Source: a candidate division WOR-3 bacterium
GTDB taxonomy: Bacteria; Hydrothermota; 32-111
Assembly (NCBI GenBank): GCA_037481815.1
Contig: JBBFKX010000002.1
Span: 128,001-192,000, forward strand
DNA length: 64,000 nucleotides
Direction: 5' to 3'
Shown here in pieces: positions 56,707 to 64,000 of this stretch; positions within the stretch are counted from its first letter, which is position 1, and every line of letters begins with the position of its first letter. The position numbers were made by a program, and so were the translations under genes. A model generated the notes under the pieces. The model was not told the origin of the DNA, did not search any database, and was given only the letters and a program-made list of their open reading frames with translations.

Positions 56707-57021
56707 TCAAAATCCCATCATGTTTGGTAACTGGATTCCACCGGTTATTTTTGCCATCTCTTCTCTGTTTAAAACATCAACCTTACTTTTTGCTTCATTA
56801 AATGCTGATTTCAAAAGATCTGTTATTACCACAGGTTCCTCGTTTTTCAAAATTTCCTCTAAAATCGTTATATCAACAACCTCATACTTACCATTCATTT
56901 TAACATTGACCATTCCTCCACCTACACTCGCTTCTACAACAGTGTTTTTCAATTTTTCTTCCATCTCATCCATCATCTTCTGCATCTGTTGTGCCTGCTT
57001 CATAAGTTTCTTCATGTCCAT
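56707..57021 (-). CDS. ybaB: YbaB/EbfC nucleoid-associated protein
   Basis: MKQAQQMQ, SVGGGMV; dnaX-ybaB-recR synteny. Confidence 0.95.
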   Translation of the reverse strand: MDMKKLMKQAQQMQKMMDEMEEKLKNTVVEASVGGGMVNVKMNGKYEVVDITILEEILKNEEPVVITDLLKSAFNEAKSKVDVLNREEMAKITGGIQLPNMMGF

Positions 57022-57031
57022 TTTATTCCTC

Positions 57032-58564
57032 CTAATATATTATCTCACCATCAAACCTTTCGATTATTTTCAACACATTTTCATTTTTATCTAATCCTGT
57101 ATTTAAGATTTGATTATCCTTTTTTTCATTTTTAAAAAAAATGATTTCAAGAACTATTTTTTCATTAAAATCTTTTACAAGACCTTTTATCTTTTGATCC
57201 TTTAAAATGTACTCAAGTGATTCGGGAAAAGAAATTTTTATATACTCTTTTTTCCTTTCGATAATATTACCGTTTTCAAGTGCAGTTCCAACGACTGGAT
57301 CTTTCTTCTTACAGAATTCTATAAATTTTTCAAAAACTAAATTCTCTTTCTCCTGTTCAACTTTTTCTACAGTATTCAACTCAACGTTTTTTGTTGTTGC
57401 TTCAACCTTTTTTTCGATCCTTGTATCCGAAAACTTTTTTTCGTTGAGCAATTTTATTATCTCATCTATATCTCTTCCATCTATCATAAAAGGTATTCTC
57501 ATCAACTGATTTTCAACTACAATTTTTCTATTCGATGCAAATTTTAATTTGTTTGATAGTTCGATCAACTCTCTTATTATCTGGTTCAAAGTTGTGTTTG
57601 AAAAATGTTTTGCCTGCTCTTTTGCTTTTTCTAATATTTCGGGATGTAGAGATGAGATTTCATCAGTTGTTATATCATTTTTTAAAAGCACAAGATAATG
57701 AAAGTAAGTTGCAAACTCTGAAACAAAAGTTTCTATATCAAAACCCTTAAGCAAAAGATCTTCAAAACTCTCAACAATTCCCTTTAAATCCTTATCTATA
57801 ATCTTTTGAACGAGTTTAACAAAAAAGTATGTATCCAGACGTCCAAAAATCGAATTAACATCATCGTATGTTATCTTTTTATGCATAAGTGCTATCTGAT
57901 CAAGCATCGACAACGCATCCCTCATTCCTCCATCAGCCATCTGGGCGATCAGGTTAAGCCCTTCAACCTCATATTCTATTTTTTGATCCTCGCATATTAT
58001 CTTCAATTGTTTAACTATTTCAGATATAGGTAACCTTTTGAAATCGAACCTCTGGCATCTTGAAAGTATCGTCGGTATAACATTAAAAGGTTCTGTTGTA
58101 CAGAATATGAATTTAACATGCTCTGGAGGTTCCTCAAGTATTTTCAATAATGCGTTGAATGCCTCTTTTGTTAACATGTGAACTTCATCGATGATAAAAA
58201 CTTTGTTCTTCGCTGAAATCGCTACATATCCGGCTTTATCCCTTAGATCCCTTATCTCATCGATCCCTCTGTTTGATGCTCCATCTATTTCAACGACATC
58301 AACATCTCTTCCATCGATTATATCTTTACACGATTTGCATTTTAAACATGGTTCGCCATTTTCAACATTTTCACAGTTCAAAGCCATCGCAAGAATCCTT
58401 GCTGTTGTGGTTTTTCCGACTCCCCTTGGCCCTGAAAACAGCAAAGCATGCGGTATCCTGTTGTTTTTTACAGCATTTTTCAAAACTTTTACTATATGAT
58501 CCTGCCCTATAACATCCTCGAACCTTTGAGGTCGATATTTTCTTGCAAAAACTATATATGTCAT
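57032..58564 (-). CDS. dnaX: DNA polymerase III subunit gamma/tau
   Basis: ARKYRPQ, GPRGVGKTT, EIDGASN, IIDEVH, SRCQ, GGMRDA. Confidence 0.98.
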   Translation of the reverse strand: MTYIVFARKYRPQRFEDVIGQDHIVKVLKNAVKNNRIPHALLFSGPRGVGKTTTARILAMALNCENVENGEPCLKCKSCKDIIDGRDVDVVEIDGASNRGIDEIRDLRDKAGYVAISAKNKVFIIDEVHMLTKEAFNALLKILEEPPEHVKFIFCTTEPFNVIPTILSRCQRFDFKRLPISEIVKQLKIICEDQKIEYEVEGLNLIAQMADGGMRDALSMLDQIALMHKKITYDDVNSIFGRLDTYFFVKLVQKIIDKDLKGIVESFEDLLLKGFDIETFVSEFATYFHYLVLLKNDITTDEISSLHPEILEKAKEQAKHFSNTTLNQIIRELIELSNKLKFASNRKIVVENQLMRIPFMIDGRDIDEIIKLLNEKKFSDTRIEKKVEATTKNVELNTVEKVEQEKENLVFEKFIEFCKKKDPVVGTALENGNIIERKKEYIKISFPESLEYILKDQKIKGLVKDFNEKIVLEIIFFKNEKKDNQILNTGLDKNENVLKIIERFDGEIIY

Positions 58565-58585
58565 ATTTTTTCCTTTTTTGATATG

Positions 58586-58657
58586 GCGGCGGAGACAGAG
58601 GCCTTTTACTGCTGCTTCCTTTCAGACCTGACAGGGTTCAAGACATATCTCCCCGCG
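58586..58657 (-). ncRNA. ffs: Small bacterial SRP RNA (4.5S)
   Basis: GAACCCTGTCAGGTCTGAAAGGAAGCAGCA helix-8 motif closed by a GCGGGGAGA/TCTCCGCCGC stem; upstream of dnaX. Confidence 0.9.
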
Positions 58658-58664
58658 TGTTTTT

Positions 58665-58692
58665 ATAATACCATTTATAAAACTATTTTCAA
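58665..58692 (-). promoter_or_regulatory. Promoter of ffs-dnaX
   Basis: TTGAAA-16 nt-TATTAT with TGn extension, about 7 nt before the SRP RNA 5' stem. Confidence 0.55.
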
Positions 58693-58699
58693 GAAGGAA

Positions 58700-59698
58700 T
58701 CAATCCCTGTTTTTTCTCTGTGCTTTTATATGTTCGTTGTAAGTTTTTGTAAAAGTATGTGTGCCATCCCCGTTAGATACATAAAAAAGAAAATCATGTT
58801 TTGATGGATTTAAAGCAGCATCAACGGATACACTTCCAGGTGAACATATCGGTGTTGGTGGAAGTCCTGCATTTTTATAAGTGTTGTAAGGAGAGTTCAC
58901 TTCAAGATCCTTATATGAGAGTTTTCCTCCATCTTTTCCAAGAGCATAAAAGACGGTTGCACAACATTGTAGATTCATACCTTTTTTCAATCTGTTATAG
59001 TAAACTCCAGATATGAGATACTTTTCCTGATCAACTTTTGCTTCCTTCTCTATTATGGAAGCAAAAATTATATATTCATACCTTGTAAATGAAAACTCAT
59101 TTGTTTTGAATAAAGACTCTGGATACTTTTCTTCAAAAAGTTCCAACATTTTTAAAACCATCTCTCTTGCTCCCATATCCTCAGTGAAATAGTATGTTTC
59201 CGGTAGAAGAAATCCCTCACAATTTTTTCCCTTTATGTTATACTTTTTCAAAATCTCTTTCGAAAAACATGTTGAAAAAAATTCTGTTGAATCTATATCA
59301 AACTCTTCATTCAGTCGTCTGTATATCTGTTTCAAAGTGAAACCTTCAGGAATAACAACTTTTTTCTGTAAAACTTTTCCTCTATAAATTTTGTAAAAAG
59401 CATCATATTCATTTTGTTTTTTTTCAAGCAGGTAAATCCCCGCCTTCATCTTTCTATCAGCATTGTACACTTTTACAAAAAACCTGAAAAGATTGGGATT
59501 ATTTATTATCGAACTATCAACAAGAATTTTTTCTATCTCCTTTAAACTCATTCCATTTTTTATTTCAACTCTGATATACTCTTTAGGTGTGTTCTCTTTT
59601 TCAGTTGAAAAACTTCGATAGTTGAGTTTTATAAAAATGATCGAAATCAGTAATAAAAGTAAAAAACCGAAATATTTATTTTTCTCTTTCAAATTCAA
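58700..59698 (-). CDS. mltG: Endolytic transglycosylase MltG
   Basis: IPEG, EGFLLPETY, ASIIEKEA, SPYNTY, GLPPTPI.SPG. Confidence 0.96.
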   Translation of the reverse strand: MNLKEKNKYFGFLLLLLISIIFIKLNYRSFSTEKENTPKEYIRVEIKNGMSLKEIEKILVDSSIINNPNLFRFFVKVYNADRKMKAGIYLLEKKQNEYDAFYKIYRGKVLQKKVVIPEGFTLKQIYRRLNEEFDIDSTEFFSTCFSKEILKKYNIKGKNCEGFLLPETYYFTEDMGAREMVLKMLELFEEKYPESLFKTNEFSFTRYEYIIFASIIEKEAKVDQEKYLISGVYYNRLKKGMNLQCCATVFYALGKDGGKLSYKDLEVNSPYNTYKNAGLPPTPICSPGSVSVDAALNPSKHDFLFYVSNGDGTHTFTKTYNEHIKAQRKNRD

Positions 59699-60074
59699 GA
59701 TACTCCTTCATAATTATCATCGCGGATACAGAATCTACGATCTGTTTTTTTTTATCTTTTAAACCACTCTCATTAATGAACCTTTCAGATTCTTTTGTAG
59801 TTAACCTTTCGTTAAAAAATATTTTTTCGATACCATCAATGTCGATACTGTTGATTAAATTTTTTATCCATAAAGACATTTCGTTATCGTTATCATTCTT
59901 ATCAAGGGGAACGCCGATTATTATTTTCTCTATACAATAGTCCTTTAAATATTTTTTCAAAACTTTTTCAAGTTCATCGGTTTTCACAGGTTTCTGTGGT
60001 AAAAGTATCCCATCGATAGAAAGACATAGGCCTGTTCTTTTTTTCCCAACATCAACCGATAAAAGGTTTGACAT
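59676..60074 (-). CDS. ruvX: RuvX/YqgF nuclease
   Basis: LSVDVGKKRTG, GVPL, NERLTT, VDSVSA. Confidence 0.9.
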   Translation of the reverse strand: MSNLLSVDVGKKRTGLCLSIDGILLPQKPVKTDELEKVLKKYLKDYCIEKIIIGVPLDKNDNDNEMSLWIKNLINSIDIDGIEKIFFNERLTTKESERFINESGLKDKKKQIVDSVSAMIIMKEYLEFEREK

Positions 60075-61098
60075 ACTCTTCTATGATTCCATCTATCAAT
60101 TTTAAAATTTCAAATCTTGAAAACATTTTTGCTTTTCTGTTTCCGAAAACAGAAAACTCAAAAAGATTTTCCCTTTTTTCGAAAAGTTCATTCAAACCTT
60201 TCAAAAGATCATTTAGATTAAAATCAACAATAACTGCACTACCTTTAAAATTTTTTTCTATATCGAAACTGCTTGTAGTTAAAACAACACATTTTGAAGC
60301 CATCGCTTCAAGTATTGTCCTTCCCTGTTGTTCTTTCCATGAATTTGTATCTTTTGAAAGGTTGATAAAAATATCAACATCTTTATAAAAGTTATGCATA
60401 TCCTTATGCTCAACAAATCCCAAAAACTGGTAATCGATTTTCGAACTTTTCAAAAAATCAAGAAGCAATTTTTCTTCTTTCCCTTTACCAGCAATCTTTA
60501 TACTATAATTCTGCTTGAGATTCTTCAAAATCTCAACAAGAAGCTTAACACCTTTATTCTCTTCCAATCTCCCTGCAAAACCAAGAGTCAATTTTTCTTT
60601 CGAGAAATTTTTATCTTCACTTAAAAAGAATTCATCAGGTATATGTAATGGGACAATTTTTGTTTCTTTTCTAAAAATCTCTTCGAGAACCTGTTTTGAA
60701 CCTTCGCCAACTCCAATAAAAAGATCGACCCTGTTCTTAACAAAATTGTAGAGAGTGTCTCTAAAAATATCCTTTTTTAAGATGTTTTGTGCACCTCTTA
60801 AAATTGATCTTTTATATTTCAAATTTTTCAAGAGAAAGTAGGTTTGTGGAAGATATGGTTCTTCATCTATCCACAAAAGATCATAGAATTCTTTATCATT
60901 TATGATCGGAATATAACCATTTTTTGTAAAAGGAAACTTTATTTTTTTGAAACCATTTTCGTCAAAATACTTTTCCCCAAATTCCCCTGTCCATGATTCT
61001 GGATATATTATTTTCACATCATATTCTTCCATAAGCATCTGAAAAACTTCTCTGTTTTGAGGATTAACATGCATATGTCCAACAACCAAAATCTTCAT
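60052..61098 (-). CDS. Glycosyltransferase family 4
   Basis: GFAGRLEENKG, WKEQQGRTILEAMAS. Confidence 0.88.
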   Translation of the reverse strand: MKILVVGHMHVNPQNREVFQMLMEEYDVKIIYPESWTGEFGEKYFDENGFKKIKFPFTKNGYIPIINDKEFYDLLWIDEEPYLPQTYFLLKNLKYKRSILRGAQNILKKDIFRDTLYNFVKNRVDLFIGVGEGSKQVLEEIFRKETKIVPLHIPDEFFLSEDKNFSKEKLTLGFAGRLEENKGVKLLVEILKNLKQNYSIKIAGKGKEEKLLLDFLKSSKIDYQFLGFVEHKDMHNFYKDVDIFINLSKDTNSWKEQQGRTILEAMASKCVVLTTSSFDIEKNFKGSAVIVDFNLNDLLKGLNELFEKRENLFEFSVFGNRKAKMFSRFEILKLIDGIIEEYVKPFIG

Positions 61099-61101
61099 AG
61101 A

Positions 61102-61821
61102 TCACCTCAAAATCTTTACATCTCCTGCAAGAAAACTTTTTTTTCCTGAAGATGTTTCCAAAACTATGGAACCATCTTCTTCAAATTTTATAACTTTACC
61201 CTCAAAAATCTGTTCAGAAGAGGTTATCCTCACTCTTTTCCCAATCATACCACTTTCGTTTAAAAATTTTGAAATCTCCTGGTAACCTTTTACCTGAAAG
61301 ATGTTCATCAAAACCGAAAACAGAAGATCTTCAAGTTTTCTTTTCTTTCCAGTTTGTAGATAAATTGAAGTTGCTATCTGTTCAAGATTTTGTGGAAAAC
61401 GATCATTGTTAACATTGATTCCTATACCTGCAACGATAATGTTGTCAAAATATTCAAGAAGTATTCCGGAGATTTTTCTATCCTTCACCAGAATATCGTT
61501 CGGCCATCTATAGGTTAAATCTTCTATCTCATTTTTTAGATTGTTGTAAACACCCATACAACAAACGATTGAAAAAAATTGTGAAGGATATGCTAACCTT
61601 TTTGAATCATATGAAAAAGTGAAATAGAGTCCACCCTCTTCTGACTCCCATTTTCTGTTGAACCTTCCATAACCTTTTGTTTGTCTTTTAGCCACGATCA
61701 AAAAATTTTTTTTACCTGATTTTAAAAGTTCTATCGCTTGTAGATTTGTTGAATCAACACTATCAAAATAAATATAATCATCAAAATCAAATTTTTCTTT
61801 TATTCTCAAAAAGTCAAACAT
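61102..61821 (-). CDS. birA: Biotin protein ligase without an HTH domain
   Basis: DSTN, QTKGYGRFNRKW, WPNDI, KISGIL, GIGINVN. Confidence 0.94.
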   Translation of the reverse strand: MFDFLRIKEKFDFDDYIYFDSVDSTNLQAIELLKSGKKNFLIVAKRQTKGYGRFNRKWESEEGGLYFTFSYDSKRLAYPSQFFSIVCCMGVYNNLKNEIEDLTYRWPNDILVKDRKISGILLEYFDNIIVAGIGINVNNDRFPQNLEQIATSIYLQTGKKRKLEDLLFSVLMNIFQVKGYQEISKFLNESGMIGKRVRITSSEQIFEGKVIKFEEDGSIVLETSSGKKSFLAGDVKILR

Positions 61822-62662
61822 TTTCCACCTTCATACTCATATCAAGAGCTTTTGCTGAATGTGTTATTTTACCTATCGAGATAAAATCTGGATATTTCTG
61901 GGCATAACTTTCTATATTTTTTTCGTCGATGTTTCCAGACACTTCAATCTCACATCTTCTATTTATGATTTTTATTGATTTTTCAATTTCTTCAGGTGTC
62001 ATGTTGTCAAGAAGGATTCTATCAACTGGATAGTTTAAAACCTTTTCAATCTCTTCAATATTTTTTACTTCAACTATGATCTTTTTATCCGGGTATTTAT
62101 TTTTCATTCTCTGTGTTACCGTGAAATCATCTTTCAAAAAAGAAATATGATTATCCTTAATCATTATCTGATCATAAAGATCAAACCTATGGTTAACTCC
62201 ACCACCACATAAAACAGCGTACTTTTCAAGTGCTCTCAGGCCAGGTATAGTTTTTCTCGTATCAAGAATTTTAACATTATATTTTTCTACAAGTTTTACA
62301 AATTTATTTGTGTATGTTGCAACACCTGAAAGATGTTGTACAAAATTAAGTATCGTTCTTTCAGAAGAGAGTATTCCTCTTAATTTTCCTTTAACTTTTG
62401 CAAGTTTTTCACCTTTTTTTATAAAATTTCCATCTTCTGAGAAATACTCTACAACATAGACACCAAAATTTTGAAGAACGATTTCCGTAATCTGTATGCC
62501 TGAAAGAATACCATTTTCTTTTGCTATTAGGTTTGCAACACCTTCACTTTCTTCAGGTACACACATCTGTGTTGTTATATCCGTGAATGCCTTGTCCTCC
62601 TTAATCGCTTCCATAACAATAGATTCGATTGTGGATCTATCGACAATTTTAAAAATGTTCAC
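61814..62662 (-). CDS. nadC: Quinolinate phosphoribosyltransferase
   Basis: ERTILN, DTRKTIPG, NHRFDL, IKDNH, LLDNM; GTG start at 62662. Confidence 0.96.
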   Translation of the reverse strand: MNIFKIVDRSTIESIVMEAIKEDKAFTDITTQMCVPEESEGVANLIAKENGILSGIQITEIVLQNFGVYVVEYFSEDGNFIKKGEKLAKVKGKLRGILSSERTILNFVQHLSGVATYTNKFVKLVEKYNVKILDTRKTIPGLRALEKYAVLCGGGVNHRFDLYDQIMIKDNHISFLKDDFTVTQRMKNKYPDKKIIVEVKNIEEIEKVLNYPVDRILLDNMTPEEIEKSIKIINRRCEIEVSGNIDEKNIESYAQKYPDFISIGKITHSAKALDMSMKVENV

Positions 62663-63341
62663 ACAACACCCCCTTTTCGTCAATCTTAAGATAACTTCCC
62701 TTCTTTTTGAAATCTGCCAAAGAATAGATTTTATGATCCTCTGAAACAAAATCTATATGGTAATGTGCGACTATAATTTTTTTAAAATCTTTACCAAAAT
62801 TCTCTCTTACCTTTTTTTCTATCGATTTGACATTTTTTTCCTCTTCCATGACCCTCATATTGCAAAGGTCTGACACAAAAATACCTAAAATGTATCCCAA
62901 ACTCTCAGGTAACAGAGAAAACAGAAATCTATCAAAATTGTTCTTTAAAATAGAATATAAAATTTTTTTTACAAATCCATCGTTTATGAAAATATGACCA
63001 TGAGTTAAAAAGATTTTTTGGTCACCATTTTCTATACAGATCTGGTCAACAACCTCTTTACAACCTGTATAACTTTTCAACATTTTTCCCATATACATGT
63101 CATGGTTTCCTCTTACAAGATATACATCGTATTCTTTTGAAATCTCTTTCAAAAAATTCAAAAGATTCAAATTTTCTCTCTTATAAAATTTATTTTTGAA
63201 CTCAAAAAAAAAGTCAAATGTATCTCCAAGGAATATAACATCTTTGAAATTATCTCTCTTCAAAACTTCCTTTATCATGTCAAAAAGATGATCATCACCC
63301 TTTCTATAATGAAGATCAGCAAACACCACTTTTTTGGTCAT
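62649..63341 (-). CDS. LpxH-like metallophosphoesterase (UDP-2,3-diacylglucosamine hydrolase family)
   Basis: ADLH, LGDTFD, GNHD, THG, AHYH. Confidence 0.75.
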   Translation of the reverse strand: MTKKVVFADLHYRKGDDHLFDMIKEVLKRDNFKDVIFLGDTFDFFFEFKNKFYKRENLNLLNFLKEISKEYDVYLVRGNHDMYMGKMLKSYTGCKEVVDQICIENGDQKIFLTHGHIFINDGFVKKILYSILKNNFDRFLFSLLPESLGYILGIFVSDLCNMRVMEEEKNVKSIEKKVRENFGKDFKKIIVAHYHIDFVSEDHKIYSLADFKKKGSYLKIDEKGVLCEHF

Positions 63342-64000
63342 AACTTTCGAATATCCATTTTAAACTCTCTTCAATTGAGTATCTATTCTTATAACCAGTC
63401 AAACTTTTAAAAAGTTCACAACTTCCAAAAAATTCTTCAGGTTCATTTTTTCTTAAAAGGGAATCATCGACCTGAAAATGAATCTTTTTTCCTGATATTT
63501 TTACAATGTATTCGGCGATATCTCTTAACAGAAAACTTTTTCCTGAACAGATATTATAAACACCTTTTTCAAGATCCATTGCAAGAGAGTAAGCATAAAC
63601 CATATCTCTCACATCTGTAAAATCTCTTTTCAAATCAAGATTTCCAACTTTTACGATTCCATCATTCGATTCAATTATCTTTTTTATTAAAGATGGAATA
63701 AAAAAATTCTCATTCTGTCCAACACCTATATGGTTGAACGCTCTTATGATAACATAATCGAGTCCAAACTTATCGTAACTTTTTATCATCTCTTCACATA
63801 TCTTCTTTGAAATCGAATAGGGGTTCTGAGGGTTCAGTGGATGTTTTTCATCTATCGGTAAATATTCAGGTATTCCATAAACATCTGAAGTTGAAACGAA
63901 TAAAAATTTTGTTTTTCTTCTATTCACCCTTAAAGATTCTATTATGTTTAAAGTTGAATTGATGTTTACAAAATATGTAAGATAAGGATCATTTAAAGAA
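63316..64000 (-). CDS. NAD-dependent nucleotide-sugar epimerase/reductase (Rmd/Gmd-like), 5' end outside the window
   Basis: Frame open to the window edge; STSDVYG, PQNPYSISK (YxxxK), RAFNHIG, GNLDLKRDFTDVRD. Confidence 0.88.
   Translation of the reverse strand, partial: SLNDPYLTYFVNINSTLNIIESLRVNRRKTKFLFVSTSDVYGIPEYLPIDEKHPLNPQNPYSISKKICEEMIKSYDKFGLDYVIIRAFNHIGVGQNENFFIPSLIKKIIESNDGIVKVGNLDLKRDFTDVRDMVYAYSLAMDLEKGVYNICSGKSFLLRDIAEYIVKISGKKIHFQVDDSLLRKNEPEEFFGSCELFKSLTGYKNRYSIEESLKWIFESYDQKSGVC

Noticed and set aside
550..62744. Numerous 60-200 aa plus-strand ORFs in the track
   Set aside because: Antisense shadows of well-supported minus-strand genes, with no RBS or motifs. Only rpsT and 32471-33241 were accepted on plus.
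63204..63212. Another 9-nt homopolymer in the LpxH-like gene
   Set aside because: The reading frame is intact (FDFFFEF), so there is no sign of a frameshift.
1..64000. Mobile elements, prophage, defence systems, rRNA
   Set aside because: No transposase, integrase, phage, restriction-modification, toxin-antitoxin or rRNA signatures seen; the tRNA-Gln is flanked by core genes.

Overview
AT-rich bacterial chromosome segment. Almost every gene is on the minus strand; only rpsT and one secreted-protein gene are on plus. The gene content (LpxH-like enzyme, TonB-ExbBD, lipoproteins, proteins with T9SS-like C-terminal tails) points to a diderm, probably anaerobic bacterium related to the FCB group or WOR-3/TA06; this placement is an inference. 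Housekeeping blocks: ispE-spoVG-tRNA-Gln-prs-rplY-pth-rpsF-ssb-rpsR-rplI; alaS; rpsT; rplM-rpsI-rpsB-tsf-pyrH-frr-uppS-cdsA-dxr-rseP; ffs-dnaX-ybaB-recR; lpxH-nadC-birA-GT4-ruvX-mltG. Three unexplained accessory modules sit among these. (1) A ferredoxin, geranylgeranyl reductase and group II GGGP synthase trio, typical of archaeal ether-lipid synthesis, directly upstream of ispE. (2) A ~15 kb operon starting with an orphan gcvPB, containing a GlmL/MutL-type ASKHA ATPase with no mutase partner, a protein with lipoyl-like hybrid motifs, a tandemly duplicated four-gene membrane complex (DUF6754-like), a LipM-type ligase and a DUF4388/Roadblock-like cassette. (3) A chemosensory operon in Dif-like gene order without CheR/CheB. 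Its receptor is soluble, carries two complementarily degenerate signalling tips and a fused family-5 peptide-binding domain, and is followed by TPR, DUF4388 and three Roadblock genes. Also seen: a frameshift in a T9 tract of pth, E. coli-like A_AAA_AAG slippery sites in dnaX, a very compact SRP RNA and an S2 leader. No CRISPR array, rRNA or mobile element was found. Family assignments come from motif recognition by eye, not from database searches.
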